From NCBI GenBank assembly GCA_024231905.1, contig JAAEQC010000140.1:56566-120565 (forward strand): 64,000 nt of DNA. Direction: 5' to 3'. The translations under genes were made by a program, and so were the position numbers. This stretch comes from a bacterium (GTDB lineage: Bacteria > Krumholzibacteriota > Krumholzibacteriia > LZORAL124-64-63). Shown here one piece after another: positions 38,381 to 47,835 of this stretch; positions within the stretch are counted from its first letter, which is position 1, and every line of letters starts with the position of its first letter. The notes beneath the pieces were generated by a model. That model was not told where the DNA came from. It was given only the letters and a program-made list of their open reading frames with translations, and ran no database searches.

Positions 38381-39277
38381 ATGAGCAAGCGACCCGGCTG
38401 CTGGAAAACGTCCCTCTTCGGATGCCTGGGACTCATCGTGCTCCTGATCCTCTTCGTGGGCATCACGGCTCTCCTGGCCCGCATCAACCTGAGCGACCAG
38501 CGGCCGGTGGACGACACCATCGCCCCCCAGACCAGCGCCGAGGCGGCCTGGGACGGTCCGCCCCTGGGCAAGCCGGGCCGGCTGGTGCTGGATATCGGTC
38601 AGGGCGAGTTCCAGATCATGCCCGCCGAGCCGGGCGCCGGCCTCTCCCTGCGCGCCCGCTACGACGCCGAGGTCCACGAACTCACCGACAGTTTCGTGGT
38701 GAATCCCGACTCGAGCTGGGTGTACGAGTTGCACTTCCGCCAGACCATGCCCGGAATGCAGGCTCTCTTCCGCGCCCTCATGGGCGGAGCCACCGAGGCC
38801 AAGGTCGAAATCGCTATTCCGCCCGAATCGCCCATCGAGTTGGTCATCGACATGGAGGAAGGCGGCTTCGAGGCCGAGTTCGGCGGACTGTGGCTCACGT
38901 CGGCGGACATCGACTGGGCCCGCGGCGGTTTCGAACTGGACATCGTCGAGCCCCTGCGCGAGCCCATGGAGAGCTTTGTCATCCACGGCCGCATGGGCGG
39001 CTTCGACGCCCGGCGCCTGGGCAACGCCAGCCCCAAGGTGCTGCGGATCGACAACGCCATGGGCGGCGCCAGCATCGACCTGGACGGCGCTTGGCGGAAC
39101 GACGCGGCCATCAGCCTCAAGTCCTCCATGGGCGGGGTGGACGTGCGCCTTCCCGACGACGTGGTGATCGAGGGAGTGGAGGGGCACGACCAACGCCTGC
39201 GCCGGGACGAGGAGACGCCCCTGCCGGTACTGCGGTTCGACGTCCAGTACAAGATGGGCGAAATCTCGATCCGGTGA
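38381..39277 (+). CDS. Membrane-anchored LiaF/adhesin-like beta protein
   Basis: N-terminal GCLG plus TM; repeated MGG beta strands. Confidence 0.7.
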   Translation: MSKRPGCWKTSLFGCLGLIVLLILFVGITALLARINLSDQRPVDDTIAPQTSAEAAWDGPPLGKPGRLVLDIGQGEFQIMPAEPGAGLSLRARYDAEVHELTDSFVVNPDSSWVYELHFRQTMPGMQALFRALMGGATEAKVEIAIPPESPIELVIDMEEGGFEAEFGGLWLTSADIDWARGGFELDIVEPLREPMESFVIHGRMGGFDARRLGNASPKVLRIDNAMGGASIDLDGAWRNDAAISLKSSMGGVDVRLPDDVVIEGVEGHDQRLRRDEETPLPVLRFDVQYKMGEISIR

Positions 39278-39620
39278 GCCGCATGACCGGCCATCAGGCG
39301 GAACGGTACCTGGCGCTGTTGGGTGTCGCATGCCATGCGCCTTCGACGGAGGCCCTCGCCGAGCTTCTCACGGCCCACCTGGTCCGGGTGCCTTTCGAAA
39401 ACGTATCCTAGCTGTAGCGCTCTCGCCGCGGACTGCCCCCGGGACTGCCCACGTGCGATGAATTCCTCGACGCCGTCGATCAGGACGGCCTGGGTGGCAC
39501 CTGCTACCTGGTGAATCCCCTCCTGGGCGAGTTGCACGGCGCGGACATGGACGATCCCGACGTGCACGTGGTGAACGTTGTGCTGCTGGATGGTAGGCCT
39601 TGGTTGGTCGTTGCGGTTGC
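39274..39620 (+). pseudogene. Arylamine N-acetyltransferase pseudogene
   Basis: HLVRVPFENVS*L*R...GGTCY...DVHVV; in-frame TAG at 39409 and 39415; the DVG motif and C-terminal half appear lost. Confidence 0.75.
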
Positions 39621-39735
39621 CGAAGCGGCCCGGGTGAACGCCGCGCGAAACCGGCAGCCCGACCTCGGGATCGGCAAAGGCGGTTTCAGGATCGTGGCAG
39701 TATCGTCCGCAGGGGAAGCTTTCGCCATGGGAGCA

Positions 39736-40662
39736 TCAACGCAGGAAGAGAACGGCCCCGCCGCCGATGGCCACCAGCACGCCCAGCAGGCTGAGGCGTG
39801 ACGGGCGGTCCCGGTACACCACCCAGGCCGGCACGATGACGAAGACCGGCACCATGCTCAGCAGCACCTGGGCCACGCCCGTGTCCGTGTGCTTCACCGC
39901 GATCAGCGAACACCACACGGAGATGAACGGGCCCATGAGGATGGCGATGCCCAGGGCGAGCAGGCCGCGCCGGTCGCTCAGCTGGCGGCGTACGGTGGCC
40001 GGACTCAATCGCGGCGCGATCACCAGCCAATATGCCACCGTGGCCCAGGCCAGCCGCACGAGGGTCGCCCCCAGGGCGTCGATGCCCTCGCCGGTGCCGG
40101 CCATGCCGAGCTTGGCCAGGGTGCTGCCGAGGCCCTGTCCCGCCGAGCCCACCAGGGCCAGCAGCAGACCCTTGCGCAGCGCCTCCGGCGGCAGGCCCCG
40201 GAAGCGGCCGCCCCCTTGGTCCTTGCCCAGGGTGGCGAGCATGACCCCGCCGATGGCCAGGGCGATGCCCAGGAAGGCCAGGGGGGACAGACGCTCGTCG
40301 AGCATACCCCAGGCGGTGAACACGGTGAAGACCGGCGCCAGGGCCATCATGGTCATGCTGCGGCGGGGACCCACCAGAGTGAAGGCCCGGAAGAGGGCCG
40401 AGTCGCCGATGGCCAGGCCGATGATGCCGCTGGCGCCGATCCAGGCCTGGTCGGCGAAGGCGAGATCGGCGGGCCAGATACGGCCCGTCAGGGCGTAGTG
40501 GGTCAGGCCCAGGCAGACCGTCGCCCCGGGCAGGCGCAGCAGGTTGACGTTGGTCACGCCCAGGCGCTGGCCGGCGGTGGTGAAGAAGACGCTCGTCCAG
40601 GAGAAGATGAACGCGGCCAGGACGGCCATGGTCTCGCCGAAGTAGGGGAAGGGTGGGGTCAC
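39736..40662 (-). CDS. DMT/EamA transporter
   Basis: 10 TM in two EamA halves; SGIIGLAIGD. Confidence 0.9.
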   Translation of the reverse strand: MTPPFPYFGETMAVLAAFIFSWTSVFFTTAGQRLGVTNVNLLRLPGATVCLGLTHYALTGRIWPADLAFADQAWIGASGIIGLAIGDSALFRAFTLVGPRRSMTMMALAPVFTVFTAWGMLDERLSPLAFLGIALAIGGVMLATLGKDQGGGRFRGLPPEALRKGLLLALVGSAGQGLGSTLAKLGMAGTGEGIDALGATLVRLAWATVAYWLVIAPRLSPATVRRQLSDRRGLLALGIAILMGPFISVWCSLIAVKHTDTGVAQVLLSMVPVFVIVPAWVVYRDRPSRLSLLGVLVAIGGGAVLFLR

Positions 40663-40786
40663 GGATCGTCCCGGGCTCGAGGTGCAGGCGCTTCATCGCT
40701 CCGGCCAATATGGATCGCGGGCGGCCGGGTCGCCAGCGGACGTAAGAAAGCCCCGGCCGATGGGCCGGGGCCAAGGTCACCGGAAT

Positions 40787-41167
40787 TCAACCGCGCCGAA
40801 CGATCTTCCAGTGGCCGGGAATCCAGCGGCTCGTGCGCGGGCCGGTGCGCTCCCAGTGGCCGGCGACCCACACGCGATGGGGGGCGGGACTGCCGCACTT
40901 GACCACGGTGCGGGGGCCGCTTCGGTAGGCCACGGTCACGTGCCGCACCGGAGGCTTGGCCGCCACCATCACGCGCGGGGCGCGGGGCGCCACGATCACG
41001 GTTTTGGCGCGCGGGGCGGAGATGACCTTCACGGGGGCGGCCTTGACCCTGATCACGAGGCCGGCCTCGGCGCCACGGGGGGTCGCCAGCAGGGCAAGGG
41101 TCATGAAGATCAACATGAGGAGGAGAACGCGCAGGGTCCGGCTGGGCATGAGGTCGCGGGGTTTCAT
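40787..41167 (-). CDS. Small secreted basic protein with WxxGxW repeats
   Basis: Signal peptide; WVAGHW and WIPGHW; AAAGGA RBS; downstream hairpin at about 40750-40771. Confidence 0.75.
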   Translation of the reverse strand: MKPRDLMPSRTLRVLLLMLIFMTLALLATPRGAEAGLVIRVKAAPVKVISAPRAKTVIVAPRAPRVMVAAKPPVRHVTVAYRSGPRTVVKCGSPAPHRVWVAGHWERTGPRTSRWIPGHWKIVRRG

Positions 41168-41214
41168 GTCGGTGTCCTTTCGTATCAGCCTCACTCGCTT
41201 GCGTGAGCATGGAT

Positions 41215-41230
41215 TGCAAGGTCCCGACCA
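41215..41230 (-). promoter_or_regulatory. sigma54-type -24/-12 promoter
   Basis: TGGTCGGGACCTTGCA with correct GG-N10-GC spacing. Confidence 0.45.
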
Positions 41231-41384
41231 AGTGGAGAGACATGGCGTAAGATGTGGATTAGCTATATGTTAGGCTGGATTGAGGGGTGTACCTGAAGGT
41301 GCAGTGGCCCCCCGCCGTCCTCCGTCGAGGTCGGGCTTGCGACCCATGAGGACGGTGGCGCCCGGAATCCGGGCCGTGGCGGCG

Positions 41385-42212
41385 TCAGAAGTTGCGCTTG
41401 GCCTCGTTGATCTCGTCGTTCCAGATGGGCGGCAGGTTGCCCTTCCCCTCCTTCTCGCGCATGCGGTACTCCCACAGCTTGAGGTAGAGGGCGCCCGCGA
41501 CCATGGCGTCCAGGGCGGCCAGGGCCAGGCCGTGATAGCCGTCCTTCCAGCCGCCCTTGACCACGAGCATGCGCCAGAAGTGGGAGACGGGGCTGAAGAC
41601 GATCTTGGTCCAGGGCGCCTGGGCGTCGGGATTGGACCGGAGCTTGTTGGCCACCTGGAGCGAGGTGTAGTTGTTCAGGCGCTGCAGGTAGGAGTAGATG
41701 GTCTCGTAGGTGTAGTGGTTGAGTTCTTCCTGGAGGCGTTCCACCGGGCCGTCCACCGTGAAGGCCCCGTGGACTTCCTGGTGCTCGTAGGTCAGGTTCT
41801 CGCGCCGGAAGAAGCGCAGCTTGTACTCGGGGTACCAGCCGCCGTGGTCGATCCACTTGCCGAAGGCGGCGACCCGGCGCAGCACTTCGTAGCCCACCGG
41901 TCGGCCGTTCTCGTACGCGGCCACGATCTCCCGCAGCTTGGCCTTCAGCCCGGGGGAGCACTCCTCGTCCCCATCGATGACCAGGATCCAGTCGCCGGTG
42001 CAGTGGTCGGTGGCGCGCTCAACCTGGCGGCTGTAGCCCGGGTACTCGTGCTGGAAGACCTTGTCGGTGTACTTGCGGGCCAGCTCGACCGTCTTGTCGC
42101 CGCTGAAAGAGTCGATGACGACGATCTCGTCCGCCCAGCTGACGCTCCCGAGGCAACGATCGATCTCCTGCTCGATATTCTGGCAGACGAGGATCGCGGA
42201 GACTTTTTCCAT
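41385..42212 (-). CDS. GT2 glycosyltransferase (WaaE/KdtX-like)
   Basis: IDSFSGDKT, IDGDE, GGWYP, VHG, HYTY. Confidence 0.9.
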   Translation of the reverse strand: MEKVSAILVCQNIEQEIDRCLGSVSWADEIVVIDSFSGDKTVELARKYTDKVFQHEYPGYSRQVERATDHCTGDWILVIDGDEECSPGLKAKLREIVAAYENGRPVGYEVLRRVAAFGKWIDHGGWYPEYKLRFFRRENLTYEHQEVHGAFTVDGPVERLQEELNHYTYETIYSYLQRLNNYTSLQVANKLRSNPDAQAPWTKIVFSPVSHFWRMLVVKGGWKDGYHGLALAALDAMVAGALYLKLWEYRMREKEGKGNLPPIWNDEINEAKRNF

Positions 42213-42392
42213 GGTTCCAATCCATTCGGGAAGGCAGGCCGGCGATTCGGACGGGTCCGGGCAACTTATCAGCCGTCCCGGGGCCGGGCAAAGACAATCT
42301 CCCACCCCTGCTCCCGGCCTTGTGCCGCCGGTCGGTGCAGAGTATGCTGCCATCCGGTTGCCACCCTTCCACTCCGACCCGGGAGACACGAC

Positions 42393-42995
42393 ATGCGCCG
42401 AATCCTGAGCCTGTTGACGATCGCGGTGTGCGTGGCCTGCGTGACCGCGCCCGCCGTCGCCATCACCGAATCCGACACGGGCATGGAGTACCCCGATGCC
42501 ATCGCCTTCGACTGCGGCGGAGAAGAACTGGCCCTGGTCGCCACCGGCACGGGCGTGCGCGAGAAGACCTTCCTCAAGGTCGACGTCTACACCATCGTCG
42601 GGTACGTGCTCGAAGGAACCACCGTGGGCGAGGCCGACGACTTCATGGTCACCCTCGACGTGCCCAAGCGCATCCGCATGGACCTGCGCCGCAGCTTCAG
42701 CCGCGAGAAGCTGGTCAAGGCCTTCACCGACGTCATCGACAAGAACTACGACAGCCAGGACGCCTTCAGCGAGGACCTGGATACCTTCCTGACCTACTTC
42801 ACGGCCGACGCCCAGGACGGCGACGTCCTCGTCTTCGACTACTGCCCGGGCACGGGCATGACGACGACGCTGAACGGCGACATGAAGGGCACTCTGGGCC
42901 AGCCCATGGCCGAGGCCCTGTGGACCGTGTGGTTCGGTCGCAAGCCGGCCAGCGGGGGGCTGAAGAAGGATCTGCTGTCGGCCCTGGAGGGCTGA
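42393..42995 (+). CDS. Chalcone-isomerase-like secreted protein
   Basis: GTGVREKTFLKVDVY...WFGRKPAS.GLKKDLL. Confidence 0.85.
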   Translation: MRRILSLLTIAVCVACVTAPAVAITESDTGMEYPDAIAFDCGGEELALVATGTGVREKTFLKVDVYTIVGYVLEGTTVGEADDFMVTLDVPKRIRMDLRRSFSREKLVKAFTDVIDKNYDSQDAFSEDLDTFLTYFTADAQDGDVLVFDYCPGTGMTTTLNGDMKGTLGQPMAEALWTVWFGRKPASGGLKKDLLSALEG

Positions 42996-43017
42996 CCGGA
43001 CAGAGGAGAACGAAAGA

Positions 43018-43049
43018 AACGGCGGGAGGCCTCGGGGCCTCCCGCCGTT
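43018..43049. terminator. Bidirectional terminator hairpin
   Basis: 14-bp stem AACGGCGGGAGGCC/GGCCTCCCGCCGTT between convergent genes. Confidence 0.8.
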
Positions 43050-43075
43050 GTCATCTCTGAATCAATGCGCGCGGT

Positions 43076-43552
43076 CTAGCGGAAGTCCGCCTTGATCGCG
43101 CTCCAGCTCAGATCGTCCGCACCCACGACCGCGCACTCGAGCCGGTCGTCCATGACGAGCAGTTTGCCGGCGGTGTTCGTGGACCAGAACGGGCTGTCCT
43201 GGGAGTAGAAGAGTCGCAGCTCCACCCGGATGTCCATCATGCCGAAGAGCGGTATCGTCTCGTCGGTCACGTCGTTCCAGTTGGCGGCGAGGTTGTAGCT
43301 CTGCAGGACGTTGGCGTCAAGGCGCTCGAGGACTCCCTCGTCTTCGTAGCGGAAGAGCTCCGCCTGGGTCTCGTCGATGATGGTGACGACGATGCCGTAG
43401 TTGATCTCGTAGACTGCGGGATGGAATTCGACGTCGAAGGCGGCCGCATAGCCGAGGCACGATCCCTGGACACTCGATTCTCCGAACTCGGTCGCCGAGG
43501 CGAAAGCAGGCAAGAGCAGAAATCCCATTAGGGCGAACAGGATGCGACGCAT
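43076..43552 (-). CDS. Secreted hypothetical protein ending in SWSAIKADFR
   Basis: Signal peptide MRRILFAL...ASA; GGAGG RBS. Confidence 0.8.
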   Translation of the reverse strand: MRRILFALMGFLLLPAFASATEFGESSVQGSCLGYAAAFDVEFHPAVYEINYGIVVTIIDETQAELFRYEDEGVLERLDANVLQSYNLAANWNDVTDETIPLFGMMDIRVELRLFYSQDSPFWSTNTAGKLLVMDDRLECAVVGADDLSWSAIKADFR

Positions 43553-43840
43553 GATCTTTTCCTCCAGCAGAGGCGCCTCGATGGACGCCGCGTGCCTAGA
43601 TGCTAGTCCCCACCGACAAATCGTACCACAATCAGCATCTAATTTCAAGAAAACCTATGAATTAGTCAATTCGCACACGAAAAGTCCGTTTTTCTAGGCG
43701 ACGCTATGAGCTAACCATAGGAAAAACGACTCGCCGTATCAACCCGGACCGCAGAATCAGGAGACGGTTGCCTTCCTCTGCGCCAACATCCATGATGTCG
43801 GTGTCGCGCAAGCAGGAACCCGGCCGGATGGAGGTAACCC

Positions 43841-44977
43841 ATGAAGATCGTCGTGCTGGGCGCCGGCCTCGTTGGCGGTCCCATGGCCCGCGACCTGGCG
43901 GCGGACGAGCGGTTCGACGTGACGGTGGCGGACGTTTCTGCCCCTGCGTTGGCGTATCTGGCGGGCCTGGCGCCGGTGGCGACGGTGGTCGCCGACCTCT
44001 CCGATCCCGCCACGGTCACCTCTCTCGTGGGCGAATACGACCTGGTAGTAGGCGCCATGCCGGGCCACCTGGGGTACGCCACCCTGGAGGCGGTCATCGC
44101 CGCCGGGCGCCCGGTGGTCGACATCGCCTTCTTCCCGGAGGACCCCTTCGCCCTGGACGAGGCCGCCCGCCGGGCCGGCGTGACCGCGGTGGTGGACTGT
44201 GGCGTCTTCCCGGGCATGGGCAGCGCTCTCATCGGCCGGGCCGCCCGTCTCTGCGACCGGTTGGACGACGTGGTGATCCACGTGGGAGGTTTGCCCGAGG
44301 TGCGGCAACAACCCTTCGAGTACCGCGCCGTGTTCTCGCCCGTGGACGTCATCGAGGAGTACACGCGCCCGGCCCGTTACCGCCGGGACGGCCTGGAGGT
44401 CATGACGCCGGCGCTGTCGGAGCCGGAACTGCTCGACTTCCCTGGCGTCGGCACCCTCGAGGCCTTCGACACCGACGGTCTGCGCACCCTGCTGACGACC
44501 ATCGACGCGCCGAACCTCCGCGAGCGCACCCTGCGCTACCCGGGCCACATCGAGAAGATGAAGCTTTTCCGGGAGTGCGGCTTCTTCGCCGAGGACCCGG
44601 TGGAGACGGCCGGCGGACCGGTCGTGCCGCGCGACCTGACCGCCGCCCTGCTCTTTCCCATGTGGCGGCTGCCCGAGGGCGAGGGCGATTTGACGGTCCT
44701 GCGCATCCGCGTCGAGGGCGAGCAGGAAGGCCGGCCCGTGGGCTGGACCTACGATCTGCTCGACCGCTACGACCACGACCTGGGTGTGACCAGCATGGCG
44801 CGCACCACCGGTTACACGGCGACCATGACCGTCCGGGCCCTGGCCGACGGCCTCTACCGGGAGCCCGGCATCACCCCGCCCGAGTACCTGGGACGGGTGC
44901 CTGGCTGCGTGCCCTATCTCCTGGAGGGATTGGCGGCCCGGGGCATCGTCTACCGGGAAACGCGGACCGGAATCTGA
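43841..44977 (+). CDS. Saccharopine dehydrogenase / lysine 6-dehydrogenase-like protein
   Basis: GAGLVG, DCGVFPG, VGGLP, EEYTRP, TLRYPGH, MARTTG. Confidence 0.9.
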   Translation: MKIVVLGAGLVGGPMARDLAADERFDVTVADVSAPALAYLAGLAPVATVVADLSDPATVTSLVGEYDLVVGAMPGHLGYATLEAVIAAGRPVVDIAFFPEDPFALDEAARRAGVTAVVDCGVFPGMGSALIGRAARLCDRLDDVVIHVGGLPEVRQQPFEYRAVFSPVDVIEEYTRPARYRRDGLEVMTPALSEPELLDFPGVGTLEAFDTDGLRTLLTTIDAPNLRERTLRYPGHIEKMKLFRECGFFAEDPVETAGGPVVPRDLTAALLFPMWRLPEGEGDLTVLRIRVEGEQEGRPVGWTYDLLDRYDHDLGVTSMARTTGYTATMTVRALADGLYREPGITPPEYLGRVPGCVPYLLEGLAARGIVYRETRTGI

Positions 44978-45056
44978 CCGGTCAGGCTCGAACATCTTGG
45001 CGGGGAGCGGTCCAGCCCCTATCCTGGGAGTTCCCCCAAGCAAAGCGGAGACGCGC

Positions 45057-46853
45057 ATGCGCAACATCGCCCTGAGCATCCTCGAAGCAGCCGCCCACCA
45101 CGGCGAGTCCGTCGCCCTGCGCCAGCGCCGGGACGGCGGCTTCCGCGACATTTCCTACGCCCGTATGGCGGATATGGTCGAGCGCACCGCCGCCGGCCTC
45201 GTGGGCCTGGGCGTCCAGCCCGGCGACCGGGTCGGCATCTTCTCGCCCAACCTGCCCGAGTGGATCGTGACCGATCTGGCGGTCTTCTCCATCCGCGCCG
45301 TGTCCGTGCCCATCTACGCCACCAACACGGCGGAGCAGGCCCGGCAGATCGTCGAGGACTCGGGACTGCGGATCCTCTGTGTGGGCCAGCAGAAGGAACT
45401 GGAAGCGACCCTCGCCTTCGCCGACGACTGCCCCCAGGTTGAGACCATCATCACCCTGGACCGGAAAGTGACGTCGGCCGACCCACGGGTCCGGCCCCTG
45501 GAGCAATTCGCGGAGGCTCCGATCCCGTCCACTGCCGCCGACGAGATCGCCCTGCGCCGCGCCGCCGCCACGGACGATGACCTGGCCACCATCATCTACA
45601 CCTCCGGCACCACCGGTGAGCCCAAGGGCGTCCTCTTGCGGCACCGGAACTTCGTCAACCAGTACACGTCGGTGGACAGGCTCTTCCAGGTGGACGAGAC
45701 CGACCGCTCCCTCTGCTTCCTGCCCCTGAGCCACGTCTATGAACGCACCTGGACCGCCTACGTGCTGCTCAAGGGCGCCACCAACACGATCCTGTCCAAC
45801 CCGCGCGAAGTGGTGAACGCCCTGGCCGAGACCAGGCCCACGGTCATGGTCTCGGCGCCCCGGCTGTACGAGAAGGTGCACGCGGCCATCACCGCGCGGG
45901 TGGAATCGGCACCGCCCCTCAGGCGGAAGATCTTCGCCTGGGCCATGAAGGTGGGCGACGAATATTGGCGCGGGCACTATGCGGGTGAAGCGCCTGGCAT
46001 GGGTTTGAAGATCCGCCACGCCCTGGCCGACCGGCTGGTGCTGCGCAAGTTGCAGGCGGTCATGGGCGGACCCAAGAATTTCCTGTCCTCGGGCGGCGCG
46101 CCGCTGGCCAAGGAAGTGGAGGAGTTCTTCCTGTCCATGGGCCTGCTCGTCTGCCAGGGCTACGGCCTGACCGAGACCGCGCCCATGCTCACCTGCAACT
46201 CGCCGGGCGCCTTCCGCTTCGGCACCGTGGGCACGCCCATCGACGGCGTGGAGATCCGCACGGGACCGGAGGGGGAGATCGAGGTGCGCGGCCCCAACGT
46301 CACCGAAGGCTACTACGGCCGCCCCGAGGCCACGGCGCGGTCCTTCCGCGACGGCTGGTTCCGCACCGGGGACGTGGGCCATGTGGACGACGACGGCTAC
46401 GTGGTCATCACCGACCGCATCAAGGACATCATCGTCACCTCGGGCGGGAAGAACGTGGCGCCTCAGCGCATCGAGTGCGTGGTGGGCAAGGACCACTACA
46501 TCGACCAGCTGGCCGTGGTGGGTGACCGCCGCAAATTCATCGGCGCCATCGTGGTGCCGGCCTTCGAGGCCCTCAAGGAATTCGCCGCGTCGCGCCGTCT
46601 GAAGTTCAACACAGAGGACGATCTGATCAAGCTGCCCGAGGTGGTCGAGCTGTACCGGGACCGCATCCGCGCCCAGTGCGCCAACCTGGCGCCATTCGAG
46701 AAGGTCAAGCGCTTCACCCTGGTGGCCAGGCAGTTCTCCATGGCTGCGGGGGAGATCACGCCGACTTTGAAGATCCGCCGGCGGGTGGTGGCGGAGAAGT
46801 ACCGGGAGATCATCGACCGCATGTACAGGCCGGAGCCCAACGAGGGCGACTGA
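45057..46853 (+). CDS. fadD: Long-chain fatty acid-CoA ligase
   Basis: YTSGTTGEPKG, GYGLTE, GWFRTGD, GGKNVAP, TPTLK. Confidence 0.9.
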   Translation: MRNIALSILEAAAHHGESVALRQRRDGGFRDISYARMADMVERTAAGLVGLGVQPGDRVGIFSPNLPEWIVTDLAVFSIRAVSVPIYATNTAEQARQIVEDSGLRILCVGQQKELEATLAFADDCPQVETIITLDRKVTSADPRVRPLEQFAEAPIPSTAADEIALRRAAATDDDLATIIYTSGTTGEPKGVLLRHRNFVNQYTSVDRLFQVDETDRSLCFLPLSHVYERTWTAYVLLKGATNTILSNPREVVNALAETRPTVMVSAPRLYEKVHAAITARVESAPPLRRKIFAWAMKVGDEYWRGHYAGEAPGMGLKIRHALADRLVLRKLQAVMGGPKNFLSSGGAPLAKEVEEFFLSMGLLVCQGYGLTETAPMLTCNSPGAFRFGTVGTPIDGVEIRTGPEGEIEVRGPNVTEGYYGRPEATARSFRDGWFRTGDVGHVDDDGYVVITDRIKDIIVTSGGKNVAPQRIECVVGKDHYIDQLAVVGDRRKFIGAIVVPAFEALKEFAASRRLKFNTEDDLIKLPEVVELYRDRIRAQCANLAPFEKVKRFTLVARQFSMAAGEITPTLKIRRRVVAEKYREIIDRMYRPEPNEGD

Positions 46854-46855
46854 AA

Positions 46856-47386
46856 TCAGGCCCGGGTGCGGTGGTAGGTCTCGACCCGGGCCAGGAATGC
46901 TTCCCGCGATTCGGGGTCCTGAAGGTCGGTCTCCTCGGCCACCGGCAGGTCCGGGAAGCGCCGGGCGATCTCCATGGCGAAGAGCCCCCTTCCTTCTCTC
47001 CGGACGGTCCCGTCCTCCTGGTGCAGCTTCACGTCCACGACCCCGCAACTGGGTGAGCGGCTTTTGAAGACGTAGCCGCTCAGTCCGGCCGCCTCCAGTT
47101 CGTCGCAGCACCCGGCGGCCCAGGTGTTCATGCGGTCGGTCCAGTCGGTGCGCGTGTGGGTGCCGAGCATGCGTGGCGCGGTGGTCCCGCCCCACAGGTC
47201 CACCGTTTCCCGCGGCGTGCCCATGCCCAGTTCATCCTCGGGACAGACCGGCACGAGTTCGTAGCGCTCGGCGAGGATGTCGGCCACCACGACGTCGCGG
47301 GCGTGCTCCCCGTCGTAGCGGGTCCGGTGGCCCAGCAGGCAGGCGCTCACGCCGATCCTGATGCCTGAGGTGTCGGGCATGGTCAT
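46856..47386 (-). CDS. DUF523 (2-thiouracil desulfurase-like) protein
   Basis: SACLLG..RYDG, CPE, KSRSPSCG. Confidence 0.9.
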   Translation of the reverse strand: MTMPDTSGIRIGVSACLLGHRTRYDGEHARDVVVADILAERYELVPVCPEDELGMGTPRETVDLWGGTTAPRMLGTHTRTDWTDRMNTWAAGCCDELEAAGLSGYVFKSRSPSCGVVDVKLHQEDGTVRREGRGLFAMEIARRFPDLPVAEETDLQDPESREAFLARVETYHRTRA

Positions 47387-47682
47387 CCCTTTCCCGTGTC
47401 GGGCAGATCCCAGAGTACGACCTCGGTCGGGTCGCGTCCCTCGATGGTGAAACGATCCTGCCGCGAGACGTACGCGCCGTCGCCGCCACCGAGATCCTGG
47501 CCGTCCAGCCGGGCGGACCCCGTAGCTACATGGAGCCACGCGCCACGTCCCGAAGCAAGATCGAAAGCGACCTGCTGTCCCGGGGAGAAGCGTCCGGCGA
47601 GGAGCCGCACGTCCTGCCCGATGGTGTCGAAGCCGCCGCCGCCCTGGATGACGTCCTGGTTGACGACGCGCAGGGTGATCAT
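47383..47682 (-). CDS. Pirin C-terminal cupin fragment
   Basis: IGQD, GRGAWLHVATG, GDGA, EVVLWDLP; AGGAGG RBS; lacks the N-terminal metal-binding cupin. Confidence 0.7.
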   Translation of the reverse strand: MITLRVVNQDVIQGGGGFDTIGQDVRLLAGRFSPGQQVAFDLASGRGAWLHVATGSARLDGQDLGGGDGAYVSRQDRFTIEGRDPTEVVLWDLPDTGKG

Positions 47683-47767
47683 GATGGTCCTCCTTTGGCT
47701 GTCATGCTCGGGACGTGGGCGGATTCCGCAAGCGGTTCGACCGGTCAAACGCGTTCCCGATAAGCGT

Positions 47768-47828
47768 TTAAAATATATTGATATTTTAATTTAAAAATAT
47801 CGACAAATTTGAATCATATTTGTATCTT
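47768..47828. promoter_or_regulatory. AT-rich divergent promoter with two palindromes
   Basis: TTAAAATAT-N4-ATATTTTAA (47768-47789); ACAAATTTGA-A-TCATATTTGT (47803-47823); TCGACA-N17-TATCTT. Confidence 0.6.
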
Positions 47829-47835
47829 GTTGAGC

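Noticed and set aside
39409-39417. Pyrrolysine or amber recoding in the NAT-like frame
   Set aside because: The two TAGs are at non-catalytic positions, the gene is also deleted and truncated, and TAG is a normal stop for many genes in this window.
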